Positions 10,942 to 22,300 of a stretch of 64,000 nt of DNA are shown piece by piece. Numbering within the stretch: position 1 is the stretch's first letter; the number at the start of each line of letters is the position of its first letter. Position numbers and translations under genes: made by a program. Under the pieces are notes generated by a model that saw only the letters and a list, made by a program, of their open reading frames with translations, did no database searches and was not told the origin of the DNA. Source of the DNA: Vitrella brassicaformis CCMP3155 (taxonomy: Eukaryota; Protista; Chromerida); the NCBI GenBank assembly GCA_001179505.1, contig CDMY01000144.1, positions 117,451 through 181,450 of the forward strand, read 5' to 3'.

Positions 10942-13816
10942 ATGATGATCCCAGCCACGATGCATCTCATTATCGCTCTCTTGGCCCTTGTGTTGGCGGT
11001 CGGCGGCTTCCACACGGCCTCCCGCCAGCATGCCCGCCAGCAGACGTCTGTGGAGCCCGACAGCCTGCTCTATGGCGTGGACATGGTCAGAGACTTCACC
11101 GAACCTCTCGTGGCGCTGAAGAGCTCCAAGCAGATCTCCATCCTGCCCGCCAACCCGCTGCCGCTCGCCGCAAACCGACGAATCACCAAAGAGGCCATGG
11201 ACGCGATAAGCAGACCGCTCACTGCAGTGTCAACCGACGGATGCCAGGCAGCCGACTCGTGTGTCGACGAGGTGTTTGTCGATTACGACCCGTGCACCGA
11301 CAAATTCCTGCTGAAGCACTCGCGCGGCCCGCTGACCATGGCCTTTGCGGTGTTTGACGACAAGATCAAGCAGGCGGGGTGGAGCCATCTGCGTGTCGAG
11401 ACTGTCGAGGGGCCTGTCAAGGCGTGCGACGGTGCATCCATCCTTCACGCCGCGGACGGCGTCGTGGCCTGGAACATGAAGATGTACGCGGCCGGCGCTG
11501 CCGAGGGCTACCTGACGGCATCGCGCATCAAAGACTTCTACAGCAGCGCCGAAGCCCTCGAGAAGCGGCAGGACAAGGCACACCGCTCACTCGAGAACGT
11601 CCGCACCATGTTTTACTCGAGCATCACTCTCATCCAGCAGCAGGCCGGCTGGCACAAGGACGCCAAGTCTGTCTTTCACACCGACGAGTGCGCGTCCGAC
11701 CCGCCTGTGCGGCACGCGAGCTGGCTGCTCTTTCAAGTGTGGGGCGTGATGGACGGCTACAACGTGCGCATTCCCGATGCGGCGGCGGAGACGAGGCTCA
11801 ATCTGCTGGCGGTGTTCTTCATCAACTCTGACGGCGAGACACCCGAGCTGATGGAGGCCTACGACCCGCAGTACTTGTCCAAGCGACAGGAGACCTCGCC
11901 AAACGCGGGAGCGTCGGCTGTGCAGCTTGCTCAGACGGTGTCGCGCAGACGCCATCAGTCCAAGCAGGAGCTCATTCGATGGCTCAACCGCCTGCACGAC
12001 CACGGGTGAGTGACGAAGGTTGTCTTCTCATCTGTCTCGATGCAAGTGCTGTTTGGTTCGCTCAGGCGTTGCTCAGCCCTGATTCGGTTGGTCGACACTC
12101 AGCACGCGCCCAACCACGACATCATGGTCGGGCATTCGACGTGGGAGAACTTTTCTGAGATGTTTCGCATCTGGAAGGTCTACCACTTCCAGCTCCCTGA
12201 CGCAGCCGCCAAGTGGATCTCCTTCTCATCGTACCCAGGTGAGTGAGTGAGTGAGTGACGGGAAGACGAATGCGCATCGGCATTTGGCTATCCTCTGTGT
12301 GTGTGTGTGTGCAGGTGCGGTGACGAGTACCGATGACTTCTATCTGACAGACGCGAATCTCCTCATCACGGAGACGACTATCACCATTATGAACGCAGCC
12401 GCATATGTAAACGTCCTCGACAGTAAGCAGGCAGAGGCACACCCAGACAGCCTCGTCTGTGTCGTCAATGTTCGTGTGTTGTTTTCCAGAGCCTCACGTG
12501 CCCGACTTCATGCGCATCGCCATTGCAACGCGACTCTCCAAGACGGGCGAGGAGTGGATACGCCACTTCCGCAACACAGGTGACGCATGCCATCCCTCCT
12601 TTGACAGATGAAGACGACACTTACTGGTTGGGTTGCTTTTGTCTCTCTATCAGTGTGTCTGCGTGACAAGTGCGGCGATCCCGGCACGTACAACAGCCAG
12701 TGGATGATCGTCGACTACAACAGATTCAACGAGGTGCGCAACAAGGACAGACCGCTGCCGGAAGGGACCTTCTATGTATATGAACAAGTGCCGGGTAGGT
12801 GCGGCGGCTTTGTCTGTGAGTTCGAATGGATGCCAATTCATGGTTCGCTGCCGTGTGTGCAGGTAGCGAGCAGCAGGCTGATATGAGTCGGATTCTGAAG
12901 AAGTTTGGCTATTTTGCGTCCTACAACAGAGCATGGTGGGCGGCGATGCACGAGGTTCGTCATCCTTTCTTCTATCTGTCGATGTGAATGCCATGTCTCA
13001 GGTTCCCGATGGACTCAGCCAGCCTCGGCGAAGTAGCATCGATCGGGAGCAGTCAAGGCAAGACCGGCTCGGACAAGTACCTCGAGACCGTCTTCAAATG
13101 GAACGAGCAGGCAAAACTAACGAACAAACTACCAATGCGCACAAATGCACGCGCATCCATGTGCCCTCCTTTTGTGTGTGTTCAGTCCCCGACGCGTCGC
13201 GGCCAGGACTTTGCTGGGCTCGCTCCCAAGGTCAAGACGCTGTGGGGCAATCCCAAGGACCCAACGTCCATGAGCGCTGTGATGCAGGTAAAGGCACATC
13301 GATATATATGACTCACATAGTCATTCACCACCATGGCTGCCGTGTCTCGTTGGTTGTTGGTTTGTGTGCAGTGGAATGACGTAGGCAAGGACCCGCGAGT
13401 GCCGCCCGACCAGCAGGAGCAGATCGCCGCCCGCTTCGATCTGTACGACCCAGACAGACTCGACGGGGCCGTCGACAGCAAGGTCACGCACAAACATGCA
13501 AATTGATAACGGGCCTCCTTGCCACATTGGATGAATGGATGGATGGTTCCAGATAGTGAATACGTGTCTGTTCGGCAAGCTGCAGTGCGACGCCATCTCG
13601 GGCCCCGAACACACATGGCACAAAGCATTCGACTGGTCACAGGTAAAGCATGGATCGGCCACTCAGCACACACTGAGACTGCCTATCCTTCTTTTGCTTG
13701 GGCAGGCGTCTGCTGCAGTGGAGTACCCTCATGCGCATCAGCCGCTGCGCTGGGATTTCGACTGGTGGCGCATGTCCCTCGACGGCATGCACCCTTCACC
13801 GAAGACAGAATGCTGA
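10942..13816 (+). CDS. Phospholipase B-like (Ntn-hydrolase, PLBD family), secreted/lysosomal
   Basis: Signal peptide; GWSHLRVET; AAGAAEGYLT; catalytic N-terminal Cys in HG-RCSALIRL; VGHSTWENFSEMFRIWKVY; ISFSSYPG-AVTSTDDFY; ITETT; GTYNSQWMIVDY; YEQVPG; YFASYN; IAARFDL; GAVDSK; AISGP. Confidence 0.93.
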
Positions 13817-14856
13817 TTTTGCTGCGTCTGCGTGTGAGTTGCTGGCGATTGTTGCTGACGCAGAAAGAAAGAAAGAAAGAAAGGAAAGCAAAAGAAAGGA
13901 ACGAAGCGACTCATCCATCCACTGTCTGATGACTTAGATTGACTGAGTTCGTGGTGTGTGTCGCCTGTTGACAGTGCATGAGTGCATGGTGCACCATGCA
14001 TTGCATGACCCATCCAGCCGACGATGCAATGAAGGTTGCGTGTGGGCGGACGTTTGGAAGAGTTGCGTGTCTGTTGATATAAATGAATGCAGTCTTTCAC
14101 TCAGGTATCGTTTCACCGGCAAGGTGGTGTGGCTTGAGAACCACACATACACAGACGTCCAAAACACGTACACACATGGATACGTACATGCATTCCCGAT
14201 CACACATAAGAGGCAGCCCCACTCTGCCCGCCTCGCTCATGTTCATCTGCTGTCTGTGTGTCTGCCTGTGTGTGTGTGGTGGATGTAGCAGACATACTCA
14301 GCCAGGCAGCCAGGCAGCCAGGCAGCCAGGGAGGGAGGGAGGCAGCCAGGCAGGCAGCACCTCTTGTCATCGGTAAGAGGTACATATGTACATGGACGGA
14401 AAGGTGCGTGTATTGCATCCCCTCAGCCAGTACTGACGCATTCGCTACATACATACGACCGACATGAAGAGGCAATGATGGCTGTGTCAGGGTAGCAGGA
14501 TGTCTGTCGAATCCACCTCGTGTACGGATCTGTACAAGTTCATTCGGTGCAACCCACCCCACCCCATCACGAGAGCAACACTAACATGAAGAGAGCCAGC
14601 CAGCCAGCCACACAACAAACTACAGCAGTCCCGCTCTCTCCCTCACACACCAACTCGTCACCCATAGACCAACCACAGGCCTGCAGTGGGCTGACTGGCC
14701 GACTGACTGATACGGATGGATGCGTGTGCGGTGCGGTACCCAGACGCATGAACCTGTATCAGTCAGTCGGCCAGTCAGCCAACCTGTATATCGATATCCC
14801 AGGTTGCCTGACTGGCCATCCCCCTCGCTGGCTGCCCCTCCTCCACGCCGTCTGTG

Positions 14857-15688
14857 CTAATTGGCCGGTGGCCCGCCCGCCGCTGCGCCCATAGGTGGCC
14901 CTCCCGCCGGCTGGATGGTGCTGGCGTGTTTGTTCCGGTTGTTCTTGCCCGGCCTGCACACCCACGCGAGGCCGGTCTCGTGGATCTCCTCGACGTCGTT
15001 GAACAGCGCCAGACTTGCCAGACCATCGGCGTCCTCCTCACTGTGGAACATCTCCCACCGAACAGCCTCGAAAAACTTGACCTGTGGACAGGCACAAGGC
15101 GTCCATGACAACGGGTGTGTGGGTGTGCGTGGGCGGTCTGCTTGCTCACGATGGGCTCCACGAGTTGTTTTTCCTCGTTGGTGCCGCTGGTGTAGATGTC
15201 GTAGAGGAGCTTGTAGGGTCGCTGGATGTGGTGCACCCCGCCCATGAGCTGCTGAAGAGGCAGGGTCAGAAAACTGCAACCACACACAACACACACAGAG
15301 AGGGGGGAGGTGGTGGGTACATGTAGGTGTGTGGATGTGTGGACGGCTGAAGATCCACTCCTCACCTCACACACGGGGACAGGATGTATTTGCCGAGGGC
15401 CACCAGGCCTGACACGGCAATGTCCGGCGTCACGACCAGGGGGCGGCCCGGCCCCCCATTGTGGTGTAGCTTCAACGAAATCACCTGCATACACACAGAT
15501 CCACATCAACACATACACACACAAGGCCCTCCCCCTCACTCCCTCCACAGCTTACGGCGCTCTTCTCGTCGATGTGAACTGTGGTGAGGAGGCGGTAATG
15601 GTGAGTTGCGCTGTCCCCCTTCTTGGCCGCTGCATTACCCTCCTGGACGGGCTCGCAGATGCTGCCATTTAAATGGACGCCACGCACA

Positions 15689-15725
<37 letters not shown>

Positions 15726-18700
15726 GGAACCACAACAAAACCATTGTGTGGGTGCGGTGCATTCCATCCATCCATCCATCCATCCATTCATCCATCCATG
15801 GGTGTGCAAGTGGGTATGGTATAGAAGGCAATCACAATTTGGGATACGTGTCGAACCAGACGTGACCGTCGCCATGTGCCTCCCGCTGCTGCTGCTCTCG
15901 CCGGTCGTAGTCAGCAGGATCACCCAGCGTGGTGCCGGCTATCAGCGGTCCAAATGCAGTAGTAGGCTTGTCCGACTCGCTCGAAAAAAGCCAAAACTGA
16001 CCGATGACAACACACATACACACACACACATGCACGCACACAACGATTTAGGCCTTGTGTGTGTGTGTGTGTTGGTGTAATGTGACGGCACAAAAGACCT
16101 CTGTTCGTGTCCTGTCGCCCGTGAAGAGCTGGAACAGCTTATAGATGCGCTGAAACTCGAGCTCATCATTGTAGGGAGCGCCGTTGTACTCCCCTACGCA
16201 CAGACACACAGACGTACGCACAGTCATACGCACACACAGCAGGCCAGTTGGTGCACACACACGCATCCCATCGGCCCGCTTACGCTTTGGACGTATCCGT
16301 TGCCAGTCGCCGTTGCTGTCCTTTGCCATGAATTTCGTGTTGGCGGTGATGGTCTCGACGGGCAGGTCGGGAATCTCGCTCGCCGTGAGGCCCTGCTGCT
16401 GCCCCGACATCAAACCGAAGCTACTGCTAGACGACCTGATTGATGCAGACCAGCGACAGACACATCACACAGGCAGCCAGTTGGGTGCACTGGACAGGTG
16501 GGCCGCTGGATGGATGGGTGGATGCATCCAGTGTGTTGTTACCCCTGTTGCGTGTGGCTGCTGGTGGATGCGATCGTGTGGAGTGTGGGCTCCGCAGACG
16601 AGTCGAGTGCACCTGCACACACAGCCAGCCAGCTGCACCACACACAAACACACCCTCCCTCCCTCCCTCCCTCCCTCCCCATCCACACGCACACACATAC
16701 CTGTCTCCTCGATGGTGAGTTGGTCGCTGCCCCAGTTACACCGCACGGGACGCTCAGGCGACCTGACAGTAGACGACGAGGGCACCAAAAACCATCAGCA
16801 GCCAATGAGCCCACCCACCCACCCACACGTACATACGAAACGATCGTGGCGTACCTGTCTGTGGTCACCAGTGGTTTGAGAATGGGTATATGATCTACCT
16901 CAAACAGCGTAAACCCCGTGCCCCAAGCCCAGCTGATGCCATATCGGCCAGTCAGCCCCTCGATCGCGTCGCCATTGGTCCTCTCCTCCACCAGCCGCTT
17001 GAAGACAGCTCCAGGTAGTGCCTGGAACCTGAGCTCCATGAGGCCGCGGATCTTGAGCAGTGACCTGACGCACGCAATGCCGAACTCGCCGGCCGCATCA
17101 CTATCAGCCAAATCCTCAGGCACTGCAGGCAAGGACACGCAACGAAGCAATAGCAGGGACAGAATGAGCGGACAAGAAATCTAGCGGCTCACCTTCTACG
17201 CTAACAAACATCTGCTTGATGGTCGGAAGCTCTTGTGCTCGATCGCCCCACGTCAGCCCCTCCTCACCATCGGTCACCACTGTGGCCTCGAAGCGCTCCA
17301 GCCGTCTGTCCCCGCCCAGCGCCTCCAGCATTCCCACCGCATCCGCCTCTGGCGTGCCCCTCCAGAGGCTAACCCGCCGCAGGGCGGGCATCTTCGGCAC
17401 CAGCTTGCGGCCGATCACAAACCCCTTGGGGGGACGCAGCGGAAGACGCGTTTGATTTCCGATCTCCAGCGACGATGCAGCGGGGAGTGCGTCCTCAGGC
17501 AAATGGTCGAGCACCGCCGGGTCGGGCTGCTCTGCCTGCGCATGCTGCAGCGGATTCATGCCACCGAAGTTCATGATGGTCACGCTCTGTGCGATGGGGA
17601 ACGTAACGGACTGTGCGAAGGCGACGGCAGCGGGGCTGGGTGAGTCGAGGGGCGCGGTGAATTGATGGGGGTACAACTTGAAGAATACGTGGGGGCTGCC
17701 GGATGCCAGCTGCTTGAGCCGCTTCTGCGCGAAGGGAGAGGGGTCCGGGTGTGTGGGCACATCGCAAAGGAGACCGACGTCAAAGCTGCGGAGACATGCG
17801 TCCACAGACGTGTCCACAGATGAATCGACAGGGATGTCGGGGCCCATGCACACGCTGCGCGTGAAGGCCTCGATGGCCCGCAGCGTCTCGAAAATGCGGC
17901 TGTCGACGCCGGCGATCTTGAAGTCCAGGCGCTTGATGGATCGGCAGCCGCGCTCGACAAGTACGGCCTGCACACAGACACGCAACTCACAAGCAAGCTC
18001 TCGCCCACTCTCTCCATCTAGATCTTGTCTGGTTCATTGCACACCTGAAGGCGCTCCAGATCCGCATTCCTCCAGCTAGCCATGCTGAGGGTCCCGATGT
18101 CCTCCAGCTGTGACAGCAGCCCCGTCTGGCCCGCCTCTGTCACAGGGATGTCCGCGAGCGAATGAGCCAGGCCGGCAGGAGCGCACTCCACACGCAGCTC
18201 CTTCAGGCACCGCAACGTGCCCACCAGGTCCTTCAGGACACCCCCCCTTCTCGTCGCACTACTATCCTCCCACGGCGGCAAGTAGAGTCCCGACACCCTC
18301 CCGTCTATTTGCACCCTCTCGAGAGACGGCAGCTGCCAGTGGCGCCCGCGGCCGAACTCCCTCAGGCCGTTCTGCCAGGAGGGGCCGCCACAGGGGATGC
18401 CGGCGATGGACGTGAGGGAGTGGAGGGTGGGGGAAGGGTCGAGGGGCGGGGAAAGGCAGCCGCCTGCTGTCCGATCGCCCTCACCTCTCGATACTCGTCA
18501 CTGTCGATGAATCGCGTCGACAAGTCGATTTCGTTGAACTCGATCGACTCCAGCGTGCTGTGTGGTGATTGCCCAGCTGCCGCCGCTGCCGCCCCGGCTG
18601 AGGGCCCCTCACAGTGCCCCTCCACCAAGACGATCACATTGCCGGCCACTTTGTCGATCAAATCCTTGGCGTATGCTTCTCCGGTGACGTAGGGCAGGCC

Positions 18701-19223
18701 GCTGGGCTGCGGAAAGCGAATGACAATGGCTATGAGTTGGGTCAGCCGTCGGCCCCATGCGAAGGCGTCAGCGAACGGCAGGCGGCACCAGAAGAGACGC
18801 TCAGCCCTGCCGTAGGTGTCGATCACCAGCCGTGTGATCTGTGAGGACACGCGACGGCACAGCCCCTGAGGTAGTTGCGCCAGCAGATGGAGGGGCAGGA
18901 AGGAGAAGACGCACCCGATGAGAACAGGCTGCATTGACCGACAGCACACACCACACAACAAACACAAAGCAACGATGGGGGAGGGGAGGGTAGGTGTGCT
19001 CGCCCGCCAGTGGCATTAAGTGCCCGTGCAAGCAACTTACAATTGAGCTGAAACGGTGCGCAAAGGCACGCATGTCTACAGTGTGCGATGCCGTATTCTC
19101 CTGCGGGCCGTCTTGCAGATCCTCCTCTTCCTCCTCGTCAGAAGGCGCCCGGCCAGCGTCCATCGCATCGTCATCCGCCACGTCAGCCATACTCCGCCGC
19201 CTCGTGGGGCCAGCCTCACTCAT
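14857..19223 (-). CDS. Chimeric lineage-specific protein: expanded hypothetical (LRR-like) family N-terminal part spliced in frame to the 3' half of a CBM20-linked family; one frameshift near 18450
   Basis: Exons LFWCRLPFADAFAWGRRLTQL...; TLHSLTSIAGI...RHWQLPSLERV; AVLVERGCRSIKRL...; then donor ACAG/GTACGC (~16855) to acceptor TGTCAG/G gives RSPERPVRCNWGSDQLTIEETG. About eight further in-phase exons end at ...AWVCRPGKNN...GGPPAN* (14857). Confidence 0.6.
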
Positions 19224-19314
19224 CCCGGCTCAATATCTACTGCTCATTCGCTCGTGATGCTCGTGAGCCTGTGTGTGCCGATGTGTTGCGCGTGTTTGGA
19301 AAGCGCCACGCGAC

Positions 19315-22300
19315 ATGGATCTGCCAGTTTTTGCGAGCTGTGAAAGCGTTGCTGCTTTCTCAGCAGCGGCTGTCAGTAGGCTCTTGGCCGATGCTTCTCG
19401 GTTGCTTTTGTGGACACTGATACCTGCATGCCAAGAAAGTAAGCAAACCTCACTCACAAAAACAGAGCCAGGCAAGCAATGCACGGACATCTCCTGTGTG
19501 TGCCGTGCCTCTGTTATGCAGTTCCTTTGACGCGTTGGTTGACCGTGCAACCAGCTCCCAAGGGCTCGAACACGTGGGCACGAATTATCGTACAACATGT
19601 TGGATGTGCTGCATTCATTCGTTCATGGCTTTGTGTTGCTGGCGTTCAGGAGGTTGAGAACGCCGTGCAGCTGCTGGAGGTGCTGCTCTCACAGAACGGC
19701 ACTGTCAGACAATATGCACGCCAGCTGCTGCTGACCAGGGTGAGATCAACCAACATGTTGCTGAGCCTTCTCACGTTTCCTGTCCTCTCTCTATTCCATT
19801 GTTTCTCAGGCCCGGCATGCGTCTGGTGACCCCTCTCTGCGTCCATCCACGCTGCGCCGCCTTCTGCAGGCGCTGCAGGACCACTCAAGCGATGACCCAC
19901 AGATCGGTCAGGGGCGCCACACACACACACACGCACACGCAGCCACGCTCATCTCTCGGGTTGTGGTGGTTTGATGTGGTGGTTCAGACGCCGCCGTTCG
20001 TGAGCTCCAGCGGTCCGCTGCCACATCCACAGCGGACGACTCATCGCACCGCCGGAGGCACTCAACACCCCCAGAACCTCCCGCTGCATCGTCAGGTGGG
20101 CGCACCACACTCGCAGTACTCATGAACGAATGACGGCATTGTTCTGTTGGTGTGTCAACAGACCCCCCAGCCCTCCCCCCTCCCCAGCGAGCCGCAGCAT
20201 TCGAATCGCAGCATGTATCGACGTCCACGTCCAGCCACCGAGGCGGCCCGCCCGGTCGCCTCTCGCACCCCGTCACCGTCGTCAGTGCCCCGCTGCCCAC
20301 ATCCCCACCGCGCAGCTCATCGGCATTCATCGAGTCGCCACGCCCGCCGCCAGAGCGGCTGAGAGGGTCCGGCATGACTGCTGGTGTGGAGGACGGGAGA
20401 GGGGGGGCTGATGCGCTGGGGCCGCTTCCATCGGCGTTCCAGATGCGCTCGTGGAAGGGGCGGGGCGGGTCGCCACGGAAGGCTGGCAAGAAACAAAACG
20501 GGGCTAAGGCTGCGGCGGCAGGTGCGGATGTGCGCGCCAGCAGGGACTCCGCCATGTCGACGCAGGCGCCGTCTGTGGAATATCCGCCACTGCATGGCGA
20601 GGCATCCGGTTCATGTAAGTGAATGAGACGATCAGACATGGACGGGACTGCCATGAAAGGCTGCCTGTGTGCCATTTTAGCGTTCTTGTCCATCTCGATC
20701 GACCGCCAGTCCAAGGGCGCCTTCTCTCCCCTCCCCCCTCCCCTGCCCCCTCCACCCTCATCTCTCTCGCGTCGGCCGCGCTCACCCCGCCGTGCGGACA
20801 GCCCCCCCTCCATGCTGCGCCCCAGCCGGCATGACGCAGTGGTGCGCTCCTCGTCGGCCATCAGCCTGCCGCCCTTCAGCAGGGCCGACGTCATGGTCCC
20901 CTTCGCCCCCATGCACGTGTTCACCACCCCTCAGACAGACAGGCGCTTGTCCATGGCCGGGTCCCGCCGCCCATTCCGGTCGCTGACGCCCGTGCGGGAA
21001 GAAGCTCTGGAGGACTCAGATCCGCGCCATCGGCTAAGGCTGGTCGCCCACTTTTTTCGAGCTTGGGCCGGCAGGGCTGTGGTGGCGAGGAGGGAGCGGC
21101 AGGCACAGCATGTGGAGGAGTTCGTGGATAGAATAGCCCGATGGTGAGAGCCACTGAGATGCTGAAGGCGACATCCGTGTGAAATGGCTTGCCTTACGCG
21201 TGTGTGCGTGTGGTGCAGGGCTGTGCGTCATAGTGGTTTCTTTCGGCGTTTGGCGGCCGTATCAGCGGACCGTGACGGTCTCGCGCGGCTCCTTGCTCGC
21301 ATTGCTGGTGTGGAGAGGCGGCACGTGGGCACCAACACGCTCTACCGGGGTATGAGTAACGCCGTGCTGTCATTCACTGATGATAGGTGCGGCCACGACG
21401 GGCGGAGAGGAGGGATTGGTACACACACGTGTACACAATGTATCGGCTGTTTGATGCAGGATATCGTGGGATCAGTTCATGTCGGGCCACTGGCACCCTC
21501 CAGACTCGCCTGTTCCTCAGTGGTACCGATCGCTCCTCCAGAGCGCTGCCGTCACCACACGGGCAGAGCCGGCACAGGCAGATCGGCATCGCGAGATCCG
21601 CATCTCGAGACGGCTGCGCGGCTTGAGACGTCTCCTCTGTCGGCTCAACTCATCCACGCAGCTGGCGGCGGCCTTCGACCACTGGAGAGCCATCCACAAG
21701 ACACGGCAGGCTGCGAGGGAGTCGATGCGGCAGGCAATGCAGACAGCTGAGGGCCGTCAGACGATCGACTCACTTGAGGGGATCCCTGCTCGTGTGACGG
21801 TCCGGAGGGCCCTGTATGCGTGGAGCCAGACGGCAGCCAGACTGAGGGGTGTGGCCTTGTTGACGGCTCGATGCGATAAACGTGTGCTGTGTGGTGCGTT
21901 GCGAGGGTGGCGGCGGAGGGCATCTGTGGCGCGGAAGGGCCAGAGGGTGGTTCAGAGGAGCAGTGGGCGGATGCTGCGGCGGGTGTTCCAGATCTGGCTG
22001 CGGGAGTACTACAGGTGCGCTGAGTGGAGTGATGGAAGTGTTGTGTGCACAGACGAACATCGCTGTTCATCCATGGAAAGTCTGTTTGTTGTTTGTCTGT
22101 GTGCTTGCTTCAGGCAGCAAACGTCGAATCTGATGCTGTCGCAGCTGCAGTACCGGGGCCAGCTGTCGCGGCTCGAGGCCACCATCCTCCGCCTCAAGGC
22201 ACGATGCACACAGCACGCCCTCAACCGCCTCGCCACCCTCCTAACGCAACGGCCCCTGCTCAAACACGCCGTCCTCCGCCTACACAGCCACGCACAGCAT

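Noticed and set aside
13976-14010. Cluster of TGCATG motifs (ApiAP2-type site)
   Set aside because: Lies between two convergent 3' ends, and the hexamer is common in this TG/CA-rich background.
19908-20927. 339-aa minus-strand ORF, and similar long antisense ORFs (3636-4271 +, 22399-23064 -, 24552-25172 -, 25372-26046 -)
   Set aside because: They are shadows of GC-rich coding exons on the opposite strand, with no motifs or splice support of their own.
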